From assembly GCA_963674865.2 (NCBI GenBank), contig CAXXYE010000007.1, forward strand, positions 96,001-160,000: DNA of 64,000 nucleotides, read 5' to 3'. Every line of letters starts with the position of its first letter. The stretch's first letter is position 1. Both the position numbers and the translations under genes were made by a program. Below, one piece after another: positions 30,798-38,788 of this stretch. The notes beneath the pieces are model-generated. The model saw only the letters and a program-made list of their open reading frames with translations, did no database searches and was not told the DNA's origin. The stretch comes from Candidatus Hydrogenedentota bacterium. Its GTDB lineage: Bacteria > Hydrogenedentota > Hydrogenedentia > Hydrogenedentales > SLHB01.

Positions 30798-31844
30798 CTA
30801 CCTTGCCAGATCGGCCTGGTACTTCCGGTAGAGTCCACGAAACTGATGGTAGGTAAGCCCGAGCATGCTCGCCGCGCGCCGCTGATTGTACCGCGTCTGC
30901 TCCAAGGCGTTGCGCAGCATGGCAAGTTCCAGGTCGCGCACGGCGTCCGGCAGCGGCTTCGTAGGAAGCGAACGCGCCGCGCCCGCCGCGGCCGGCTCCG
31001 GCTCTTCACGCGCAACGTCTGGCTTCGCGTCATGCCTTGGCGCATAGGGAGAGGCCAGCGGATCGAATACGATGACGTCCACCTCGGCCGAATCGGCGCG
31101 ATAGACCGCCCGCTCGATCACGTTCTTCAGTTCCCGCACGTTTCCCGGCCACGTGTACTCCTCCAACGCGGCCAGCGCCCTCTCGCTGAATTCCGGCACC
31201 TCCTCGCGCCCCAATTCGTGCGCCATCCGCGCGGCAAAATGGCTGGCCAAAAGGAAGATGTCGCCCGTTCGCTCCCGCAACGGCGGCGCGTGCAGTACCT
31301 CAAATGATAGCCGGTCGAGCAAGTCCGCCTTGAATCGGCCCTTCGAGGCCAGCCGCCTCAAGTCTGCGTTGGTTGCGCCGATGATGCGCACGTCGACTCT
31401 GACAAGCGCCGAGCCTCCCACGCGCTCGAAGGTCCCATACTCCACCGCGCGCAGAACCTTTTCTTGCGTCTCCAAGGGGATGTTGCCCACTTCGTCAAGG
31501 AACAGCGTGCCCCCTTCGGCCGCCTCGAACCGGCCCTTGCGCCGCCCAAGCGCCCCCGTGAACGCCCCCGCCTCATGTCCGAACAACTCCGATTCAATCA
31601 GCGTCGGTGAAAGGGCCGAGCAGTTCAGCGCTACGAAAGGCTCCTGCCAGCGGCCACTCAAATAATGCAGCCGCGCCGCCGCCAGTTCCTTGCCCGTACC
31701 TCGCTCCCCGACGAGCAGCACCGGCCGATCCACCTGCGCTACTCGCGAAAGCCGCTCCTGGAATTCCAGAAATGCCTCCGATTGGCCGAGCGCCTCGTGC
31801 GCCCGTGTCACGGAGGCGTCCAAACCGCTGAGATCTTCCGCCAT
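30798..31844 (-). CDS. pspF: Phage shock operon sigma-54 activator PspF
   Basis: No N-terminal sensor; GERGTGKELAAARLHYLS.RW, GAFTGA, C-terminal YNQRRAA.LGLTYHQFRGL; divergent from pspA. Confidence 0.95.
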   Translation of the reverse strand: MAEDLSGLDASVTRAHEALGQSEAFLEFQERLSRVAQVDRPVLLVGERGTGKELAAARLHYLSGRWQEPFVALNCSALSPTLIESELFGHEAGAFTGALGRRKGRFEAAEGGTLFLDEVGNIPLETQEKVLRAVEYGTFERVGGSALVRVDVRIIGATNADLRRLASKGRFKADLLDRLSFEVLHAPPLRERTGDIFLLASHFAARMAHELGREEVPEFSERALAALEEYTWPGNVRELKNVIERAVYRADSAEVDVIVFDPLASPYAPRHDAKPDVAREEPEPAAAGAARSLPTKPLPDAVRDLELAMLRNALEQTRYNQRRAASMLGLTYHQFRGLYRKYQADLAR

Positions 31845-31879
31845 GTTTCCCCCCGCTCTCGCAGTCACTTGCCATGATT

Positions 31880-31914
31880 TCGCTGTTTCAACCACATATT
31901 AGCAGATGAACCCA
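31880..31914. promoter_or_regulatory. Putative PspF UAS pair A
   Basis: TCG-N9-CCA, 5 bp, TAG-N9-CCA; same geometry as pair B. Confidence 0.55.
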
Positions 31915-31993
31915 CTCCGGACAATCATGTTTTCCGCGAATATGATCGCGTAAATCACTGTAATGCTCTTAGTTATCGCGATGCATCCGCGTG

Positions 31994-32008
31994 GGCATAG
32001 GCCATGCT
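31994..32008 (+). promoter_or_regulatory. Sigma-54 promoter upstream of the PilZ gene
   Basis: GGCATAGGCCATGCT = GG-N10-GC. Confidence 0.6.
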
Positions 32009-32038
32009 CTATCATGAAGCCGTCGGAAGGAGCAATGA

Positions 32039-32374
32039 ATGCAGTCTCAGACCAAGATCTTTCAGATCGATCAGCGCCGCGCCGTTCGGAAGCCGCGTTC
32101 TGGCGCGGTCATCTATGCTTCCGGGGGTGACGTCTCCGGCCTCGCTACATGGTGCGACGAGTCCGCCGGAGGCGCCTCCATTCGCCTTGGGCGCTACCTT
32201 CGCCCGGGGCGGCCCGTTGTTCTACGTTATCAGTCCTCCGTTGGTGACAATGGCACGGAGGAATCGCAAGGCCGTGTTGTCTGGTGTCGTCCCCTCGGAG
32301 GGGACGGTTGTACTTTTGCTGCGGGGGTCGAGTTTCATAACGATCGCGGTCATCGCCGGTGGTGGTCAAATTAG
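32039..32374 (+). CDS. Stand-alone PilZ-domain (c-di-GMP receptor) protein
   Basis: QRRAVR (RxxxR) and DESAGG (DxSxxG), GRVVWC, AGVEF; AAGGAG RBS. Confidence 0.8.
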   Translation: MQSQTKIFQIDQRRAVRKPRSGAVIYASGGDVSGLATWCDESAGGASIRLGRYLRPGRPVVLRYQSSVGDNGTEESQGRVVWCRPLGGDGCTFAAGVEFHNDRGHRRWWSN

Positions 32375-32397
32375 CCATATGGCGGCGGGGGTTGCCA
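32363..32397. promoter_or_regulatory. Putative PspF UAS pair B (overlaps the PilZ stop codon)
   Basis: TGG-N9-CCA, 5 bp, CGG-N9-CCA. Confidence 0.55.
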
Positions 32398-32495
32398 TTA
32401 TGTGCGGTTGTCAAGCCCCGGGAATGTCGGGTGAAAGTGTCGAGAACATGTATAACTAACTTATAAACAAGGCGTTACAGGGCCTGGCCGGCCCG

Positions 32496-32510
32496 GGCAC
32501 GCCGATTGCT
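32496..32510 (+). promoter_or_regulatory. Sigma-54 promoter of pspA
   Basis: GGCACGCCGATTGCT near consensus; preceded by AT-rich IHF-like aaacaaggcgtta. Confidence 0.85.
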
Positions 32511-32581
32511 CATCCACAAGGTAGTTGAAGCGTAAGGACCCGCGGTAGTCATGCGGAAGACATTGAATCGGAGGAAGGGAT

Positions 32582-33262
32582 ATGGGCATTTTCACACGAG
32601 TACGCGATATCATCAGTTCCAACATCAACACCATGTTGGAGAAGGCTGAAGATCCTGAAAAGCTGATCAAGCTGATGATCCAGGAAATGGAGGACACCTT
32701 GGTTGAGATCAAGGCGTCCTGCGCAGGCGCCATGGCCGCAAAGAAGAAGGTACAGCGCGCCCTCGACGAAGTCCGGGGCAAGAGCGATGAATGGGGCCGC
32801 AAGGCCGAACTCGCCGTCAGCAAAGGCCGCGAAGACCTCGCCCGCGAAGCCCTCGTCGAGAAGCGGCGTCTCCTTCAACGTCTTGAGTCTCTCGAAGCCG
32901 AGGCGGATCACTGCGATGCGCTCGTCGAGCAATATCAGGGTGATATAATGCAGCTTGAGGACAAGCTCGCCGCCGCCCGCGAGAAGCAGCGTGTTCTGGT
33001 GCAGCGTCATATCCACGCCCAGCGGCGCAAGCGCGCCGAAAAGGGCATCCGCAAACTCGACACCACCGACGCGTTCACCCGCTTCGAGCAGTTCGAGAAC
33101 CGCATCGAACGGATGGAAGCCGACGCAGACCTCGTCAACTATGGGAAGAAGCCGACTCTCGACGAGGAGTTTGCCGAACTTGAAGACGACGAGGAGATCG
33201 AGGAGCAACTGCGGACGCTCAAGCAGTCGGCCAAGAAGGCAGGCGAGAAGGCGGAAGCCTAG
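32582..33262 (+). CDS. pspA: Phage shock protein A
   Basis: MGIFTRVRDIISSNIN..LEKAEDPEKLIKLMIQEMEDTLVE; GREDLAREAL. Confidence 0.97.
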   Translation: MGIFTRVRDIISSNINTMLEKAEDPEKLIKLMIQEMEDTLVEIKASCAGAMAAKKKVQRALDEVRGKSDEWGRKAELAVSKGREDLAREALVEKRRLLQRLESLEAEADHCDALVEQYQGDIMQLEDKLAAAREKQRVLVQRHIHAQRRKRAEKGIRKLDTTDAFTRFEQFENRIERMEADADLVNYGKKPTLDEEFAELEDDEEIEEQLRTLKQSAKKAGEKAEA

Positions 33263-33317
33263 CCAGTGCGTCGGTTCTTGATCGAGCGCCGTGCAAGCCG
33301 GGGAGGTAGGAACTGAA

Positions 33318-33815
33318 GTGGGAGAGCGGAACGAGCGCCAGTACACCACCGAGGAAGTGACGGCCATTGTCCGCCGCGCCCTCGAGAAAAGGCGCAACGC
33401 CGACGCCATCGGACACGCCGAATTGGCCGAGATTGCCCGCGAGTTGGGCATTGACGATAGAGCACTCAACGAAGCGATTCGCGCCCATGAGACGGAAGGC
33501 GTTGCGGAACAGGCCCGCAAAGAATGGCTGGCCAAGCAACGCATCGAATTCTCCGAGCACCTTCGGGCCTTCCTCATCGTCAACGGCTTCCTGCTTATCG
33601 TGGATCTGCTCACGCCCGGCGGCCCTTGGTTCTTCTGGATATTGATCTGCTGGGGGCTCGGCTTGGCGTTCGACGCCTGCGATACGTTCTTCCCAAGCCA
33701 AGAGAGAGTGGAGAAGGGCACCAAGAGGATGCTGCGAAAGAAGCGGCACGCCGAACTGGGAGAGAAAGTCCGCACGGCCGTGGAGGACAGGGTGAAGGAG
33801 CTTTTCAATGGCTAG
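33318..33815 (+). CDS. 2TM-domain membrane protein
   Basis: HL..FLIVN.FL..PWF.W....WGLGL; N-terminal ELAEIARELGI helix; GTG start inferred. Confidence 0.75.
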   Translation: MGERNERQYTTEEVTAIVRRALEKRRNADAIGHAELAEIARELGIDDRALNEAIRAHETEGVAEQARKEWLAKQRIEFSEHLRAFLIVNGFLLIVDLLTPGGPWFFWILICWGLGLAFDACDTFFPSQERVEKGTKRMLRKKRHAELGEKVRTAVEDRVKELFNG

Positions 33816-34281
33816 TCTATTCCACAGAGCGCTCGTGGTGCTTGTCATCCTCTGTCTTCTCTTTTTCCTCGTGCTTCCCTTCGGCTTCGTCGCTGCGATA
33901 GCTCTGCCAAATCTGCTACCGAGTCGCGCAACGGTGCATCCCTTTTTCTTTGAGCACAATGCGCATCCGACTCTCGTTAGAGATTACGAGGCATTCGCGC
34001 CCGGAGAACCTGTGGGAGCCCTGCCCCTCGTGAGCTGGTTGGTTCTCTCGGCCGGTGTTCTCCTCATAGCGATCCTTATGCTGGTTGTGATGGTGGTTGT
34101 CATGTTGCGTGGCCGCAGTAAGTCGAGGGAGGCCGCAGGAATAAGCGCCGAAGAGAGCCGTCTAATGCAGGAACTCCACCAGGGCTTCAATCGGCTCGAG
34201 GAAAGGGTTGAGGCCCTTGAAACGATTCTATTGGATCGCGCTAAGAAACGAGAGCAATCCTATGCGGATAAGATCCAATAG
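33808..34281 (+). CDS. PspB-like protein 1 (extended, extra TM and loop)
   Basis: C-terminal EESRLMQELHQGFNRLEERVEALETILLDR after a TM helix. Confidence 0.75.
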   Translation: MASLFHRALVVLVILCLLFFLVLPFGFVAAIALPNLLPSRATVHPFFFEHNAHPTLVRDYEAFAPGEPVGALPLVSWLVLSAGVLLIAILMLVVMVVVMLRGRSKSREAAGISAEESRLMQELHQGFNRLEERVEALETILLDRAKKREQSYADKIQ

Positions 34282-34308
34282 GCGGAGTGAAGCCGGGAGG
34301 GCCTGCGC

Positions 34309-34644
34309 ATGGCTTTGAGTTTGCCAACGATGATGCTTCAGGCAGTCACCGGCGTATGGACGATAGGCCTTGGCGAAGTGATCGTGCTGGCCGTCTCCTT
34401 GGCCTTGTTTGTGGCGCTCCCACTTGCTCTCGTCGTGCTGCTCCTCCGCTCGACCCGCGGCCGCAACGCTGCGCACGCCTCCTCCTCGGAGGAGGAAGCG
34501 CAGTTGCTTCAGGACATTTACCAAGGCTTGAGCAGGATGGACGCGCGCGTCGAGTCCCTCGAGACGATTCTCCTCGACCGAGACACGAGCGCCGATGAAT
34601 CAAGCGATACACGCAACCAACGCCGCAGCGGCATAGAAGGATAA
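34309..34644 (+). CDS. PspB-like protein 2
   Basis: TM + EEAQLLQDIYQGLSRMDARVESLETILLDR. Confidence 0.75.
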   Translation: MALSLPTMMLQAVTGVWTIGLGEVIVLAVSLALFVALPLALVVLLLRSTRGRNAAHASSSEEEAQLLQDIYQGLSRMDARVESLETILLDRDTSADESSDTRNQRRSGIEG

Positions 34645-34649
34645 CGGCG

Positions 34650-34892
34650 ATGAATATTCTCGAGTTTCTGATTGCTATCGTGGCCATTCTGGCGATATTC
34701 GTTGTGCCCGTTATCGCCGTTCTGGTTTTCTTTCTGAGACTTGCGCGGGGCGGCGGGCGCGAAGGCGATAAGCATACTTCCAAGGAAGAAGCCGGCCTCA
34801 TTCAAGAGATCTACCACGGCTTGAGCAAGATGGAAACGCGGATCGAGGCGCTCGAAACGATCCTCCTCGATCGCGATAGAAAGGACAAGTAG
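34650..34892 (+). CDS. pspB: PspB-like protein 3 (canonical size)
   Basis: 80 aa, TM + EEAGLIQEIYHGLSKMETRIEALETILLDR; immediately before pspC. Confidence 0.8.
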   Translation: MNILEFLIAIVAILAIFVVPVIAVLVFFLRLARGGGREGDKHTSKEEAGLIQEIYHGLSKMETRIEALETILLDRDRKDK

Positions 34893-34894
34893 TC

Positions 34895-35278
34895 ATGACA
34901 CGACACGAAGGCGGCTACAAGAAGGGACTGTATCGCTCGCGAAGCGGCGTCATATTCGGCGTGTGCCGCGGCCTCGCCGAATACCTTGACATCTCGGTGT
35001 TCTGGACGCGCGTCGTGGCGATCGGCGTATTGATCTTCACCGGACTGTGGCCGGTGCTCGGCATCTACTTCATCGCGGCCCTGCTGATGAAGCCGGAGCC
35101 GGTGCTGCCGCTGAAGACCGAGGAGGACGAGGAGTTCTACCAGTCCTTCACGTCCTCTCGGCGGATGGCGCTGCACCGCCTGAAGCGCACCTTCGATAAT
35201 CTCGACCGCCGCATCCAGCGCATGGAGAGCATCGTCACCGCGCGCGACTTCGACTGGGACCACCGGCTCAGCGAGTAG
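34895..35278 (+). CDS. pspC: Phage shock protein C
   Basis: LYRSR..VIFGVCRGLAEY.D, TM, C-terminal RIQRMESIVT. Confidence 0.93.
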   Translation: MTRHEGGYKKGLYRSRSGVIFGVCRGLAEYLDISVFWTRVVAIGVLIFTGLWPVLGIYFIAALLMKPEPVLPLKTEEDEEFYQSFTSSRRMALHRLKRTFDNLDRRIQRMESIVTARDFDWDHRLSE

Positions 35279-35311
35279 AGGCGCTCAAATCCAAGAGGAA
35301 TACGATCCACC

Positions 35312-35602
35312 ATGCAAAGGCTTCATGCAGAGCGGGACGAACGCAGCGGCTGGATCGCCTGGCCCTTCTTGGCCTTGGCCTTCCTGGCGCAGTTGCTCTT
35401 TGAACTGCTCGTGGGCGTGTTTCAACTCTTGTCGCGTCTCGCGGCCTTCATCGTTCGCCTCACCGGCCGCGTGACGGCGGTGGTGGTTGGCCTCGTACTC
35501 GTTGCCGTCGGCGTATTCGTGAGTCTCTCGCTGGTGGGCCTGATCCCGGGCGTGCCTGTTGCCGCGTTGGGGGTCTTGCTCGTCGCAAGGGGGCTCTTTT
35601 GA
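35312..35602 (+). CDS. Small membrane protein in the psp operon
   Basis: Almost entirely hydrophobic, 96 aa; GAGG RBS. Confidence 0.65.
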   Translation: MQRLHAERDERSGWIAWPFLALAFLAQLLFELLVGVFQLLSRLAAFIVRLTGRVTAVVVGLVLVAVGVFVSLSLVGLIPGVPVAALGVLLVARGLF

Positions 35603-35630
35603 AGTATGTCCTTAAGGGGAGGATCGAAAA

Positions 35631-36275
35631 GTGAGTTCTAAGCGCGTTATCACTGCCGTGGCGGCGGCCGCCTGCTTGGCCCTCGTCGTCGGCTTGGAGT
35701 GGAAGGCGGCGCCCCACATGCGGTTCTCGTTCCGCAGCCATTCCGACACGACACAGACGGAAGTGGATATCGGCCTTGGTGATGACAAGGCGTCGTCGAA
35801 GGACCTGGAATCCGAGCCTGTTGTCGGCGCGAAGACGCTGCTCCACACAGCCGCCGCCGGCGGCAATCTTGGCGCCGTCCGTGACTTAGCGGAGGCCGGC
35901 GCTGATGTGAACGCCCGGGATGAGCGTGGCCGGACGCCTCTGCATTATGCCGCCGAGAACGGACACCAGGAGACGGCGATGGCCCTGGTGGAACTTGGGG
36001 CGAAGCTCTACGCCAAAGATCGCCAAGGCTGCACGGCCTTACACTACGCCGCGAAGAACGGCCACAACGACACCGCGGGCGCGTTGGCGAGGGCCGGCGC
36101 GGATACCGGGATTCGCGATAAGGCCGGCCAGACGCCGGTGGAGTGTGCGATCGCGGGAGGCCATCAGGCCACGGCGCAAGCGATAACGGATCTCCACGGG
36201 GAGCAAAGGGCCGGCGATGACGGTGCGCATTCGCGCGGGCCGGCAATCTCCATGGGACGCGTCTTCAAATCATGA
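35631..36275 (+). CDS. Ankyrin-repeat protein with N-terminal signal/anchor
   Basis: About 4 repeats (GRTPLHYAAENGH, GCTALHYAAKNGH, GADVNARD). Confidence 0.9.
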   Translation: MSSKRVITAVAAAACLALVVGLEWKAAPHMRFSFRSHSDTTQTEVDIGLGDDKASSKDLESEPVVGAKTLLHTAAAGGNLGAVRDLAEAGADVNARDERGRTPLHYAAENGHQETAMALVELGAKLYAKDRQGCTALHYAAKNGHNDTAGALARAGADTGIRDKAGQTPVECAIAGGHQATAQAITDLHGEQRAGDDGAHSRGPAISMGRVFKS

Positions 36276-37195
36276 GACAGGTGCGCTGCCTGCTGCTTCT
36301 CTTGGCCTTGTCCGCGGCATGGGCCTCTGGCGCTTCCAATACCTCCATCGGCTCGACGGGCCTGCGCTCGAATGAGATGTCTAGCTTCACCACGCCGCCG
36401 AAGTCTGATAGCCTTATGGGGCGTCCCGCTACGAGAGAAGGAAATCCTATGACAGAAGAGGCCACAAAGCCCGTTGAATCCCGGCAGTTCGGCGCCAAGC
36501 GGCTCGACTTTCCCGCCGGCGGCGGAAAGGGATTCGTCATTCTGCCGGAGACTTCTGCAGGCGACGGGCCTATGCCTTGGATATGGTACGCCCCGACCCT
36601 CATTGGACAGCACCCCGACGAGAGCCACGCCTGGATGTTCCGCCAACTGCTGGACAAAGGCTTCGCGATTGCCGGCGTGGATGTCGGCGAGTCGTTCGGC
36701 AATCCAGAGGGGCGCCGCACCTACACGGCGTTCTACGAATTGGCTGTCCCCCGCTACGGCTTGGTGGCCAAGGCTTGCTTCATGCCTCAGAGCCGCGGCG
36801 GATTGATGCTCTACAACTGGGCCGCGGAGAATCCCCAGCGTGTACAGTGCATCGCGGGCATCTACACCGTCTGCGACTTGTCGAGCTGGCCCGGCCTCGA
36901 AAAAGCCTGTTCCGCTTACGCTATGAGCGAGGACGAACTCCTCGCCTGCCTGGCGCAGCACAATCCCGTCGAGCGTTTGGCTCCCCTGGCAGCGGCGGGC
37001 ATTCCCATTCTGCACGTGCACGGCGATGCGGACACCGTGGTGCCCATCGAGAGAAACAGCGGGGAACTGGCCCGCCGCTACAAGGCCCTTGGAGGCTCAA
37101 TGCGCCTGATCGTGGTGCCCGGCAAGGGCCATGAGGTGTGCGATGAGTTTTTCAGGCGCCCCGAGGTGGTGGATTTCCTACTGAGTCAACGGTAG
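36272..37195 (+). CDS. Alpha/beta hydrolase (peptidase S9-like C-terminus)
   Basis: QSRGG nucleophile, HVHGDADTVVP, PGKGH; ATGA overlap with the ankyrin gene (alternative start 36449). Confidence 0.8.
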   Translation: MRQVRCLLLLLALSAAWASGASNTSIGSTGLRSNEMSSFTTPPKSDSLMGRPATREGNPMTEEATKPVESRQFGAKRLDFPAGGGKGFVILPETSAGDGPMPWIWYAPTLIGQHPDESHAWMFRQLLDKGFAIAGVDVGESFGNPEGRRTYTAFYELAVPRYGLVAKACFMPQSRGGLMLYNWAAENPQRVQCIAGIYTVCDLSSWPGLEKACSAYAMSEDELLACLAQHNPVERLAPLAAAGIPILHVHGDADTVVPIERNSGELARRYKALGGSMRLIVVPGKGHEVCDEFFRRPEVVDFLLSQR

Positions 37196-37243
37196 CCGGA
37201 GCCTGGCCGGCGTAACTCAACCATTCTCAGTGGCTTGAGGCGG

Positions 37244-38701
37244 CTACAGGAAGCTGAGTTTATCCTTTCTTCCGGGCAGGCGGCGAAAATCCTGCTCCAG
37301 GGCGTCCGCGATCTCCTCCCGCTCACCGGCGCCGTCAGCGATGAGAAGATCGTACAAATGGCGGACGAGGTTCACCAGCGGAAGGCGATGTGTCCTACCG
37401 GTTTTCGACCACAGATCGTCCGAAAGCGCCATAAAGGCGTTGAAAGGGGAGGGCTGCGTGCGCCAGAGCAGAGGCAATGAACGGGGAAAATTGCCCGAGT
37501 TGTAGTAGAGATCGAAATACCGCGCGAAGCGCTTCAAGCGCTGCAACTGCTCGAAGCTCAGAAGGTCGGTTTGCAGCACGTCGTAGGGCGGCTGCGGATT
37601 GAACGCCATCCGGCGCGACGCCGCGTGCCGGGCGATGGGCGCCCCTTTGAGCCGCTTCAGAATCCCCACCTGGATTTCGTGCGGCGCGAGCCGCAGGAGC
37701 TTATCGAATCCTTCTCTAAAGCTCTCCCATGATTCGCCCGGTAGCCCGGCGATAAGATCCGCATGAATGAGCGCGCCTGTCTGTGTGCGCAGAAAGGCCA
37801 GATACTCCTGAGTCTTCTCCAGATCCTGTTTCCGCCCAATCACCTCCTGACATTCGGCGTTGAACGTCTGCACGCCCACCTCCAATCGCAATCCCTCAGG
37901 CGGGAACTCCGCGATCTGAGCCAACATATCCCGCGTCAGCCGATCAGGCAGGATCTCGAAGTGTACCTGCATCCCTTCGCGCCAGTGGCCGAGGAAGAAG
38001 CCCAGAATCCGCGCGACTCGTTCAGGGCGCAGGTTGAATGTGCGATCCACGAACTTGATCCGCCGGACGCCTCGATCCAGCAATTGCGCCATGGACGTGA
38101 GGAAGGACTCAAGCGGAAACTCCCGGACGCGCGTGTCCAGGGAGGAAAGACAGAACTCGCACTGAAATGGACATCCGCGGGACGACTCGACGTAAGTCAA
38201 TCGCCGCGCGAGATCTTCTTCCGTATAGACCGCGTAAGGAAGGGGCAGTCGAGCTACATCGGGCGGCTCTGCCGCTAGGACCTTCTCCGAAGGAACATTC
38301 CCAGCGAGGACCTCCGAGGCTAACGCGGCGAACGCCTCATCACCTTCCCCTCGGATGAGGTAGTCGGCTGCCTCGAACAGCGGCGTGCCCTCGTATTCGT
38401 AAGCCACCTCCGGCCCGCCCAGGACTACGGTTATCTCCGGGCGAACGGCTTTGAGCACCTGCACCACCTGGGTGATCTGGAATACATTCCAGATGTACAC
38501 GCCGAATCCGATGATGCGCGGATTCTGCGCCATTACCGACTCCGCGATTTCCAGCGACGGCTGGCCCAGGGTGAACTCGTGGATGACGGCCAGATCCTGC
38601 AAAGGGCCCAGATTCGCCCAAAGGCAGCGCAAGCCGAACGCGGGGTGTGTATAGCGCGCGTTGATCGTCGTGAGGATGATGGCAGGATCCTGCATCGTCA
38701 T
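37244..38701 (-). CDS. B12-binding radical SAM protein (DUF4080-type)
   Basis: FGVYIWN, LGGPEV, ESSRGCPFQCEFC, KFVDRTFN, HADLIAGLP, YYNSG. Confidence 0.9.
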   Translation of the reverse strand: MTMQDPAIILTTINARYTHPAFGLRCLWANLGPLQDLAVIHEFTLGQPSLEIAESVMAQNPRIIGFGVYIWNVFQITQVVQVLKAVRPEITVVLGGPEVAYEYEGTPLFEAADYLIRGEGDEAFAALASEVLAGNVPSEKVLAAEPPDVARLPLPYAVYTEEDLARRLTYVESSRGCPFQCEFCLSSLDTRVREFPLESFLTSMAQLLDRGVRRIKFVDRTFNLRPERVARILGFFLGHWREGMQVHFEILPDRLTRDMLAQIAEFPPEGLRLEVGVQTFNAECQEVIGRKQDLEKTQEYLAFLRTQTGALIHADLIAGLPGESWESFREGFDKLLRLAPHEIQVGILKRLKGAPIARHAASRRMAFNPQPPYDVLQTDLLSFEQLQRLKRFARYFDLYYNSGNFPRSLPLLWRTQPSPFNAFMALSDDLWSKTGRTHRLPLVNLVRHLYDLLIADGAGEREEIADALEQDFRRLPGRKDKLSFL

Positions 38702-38788
38702 TGTTCGGCTTCATGTCCCGGCCCGCGGTGAATCCCAACGTGTTCGTGCCTGCCGCCTGACTCGGGGCGGTGGTGCAGCCGCTCGTGC

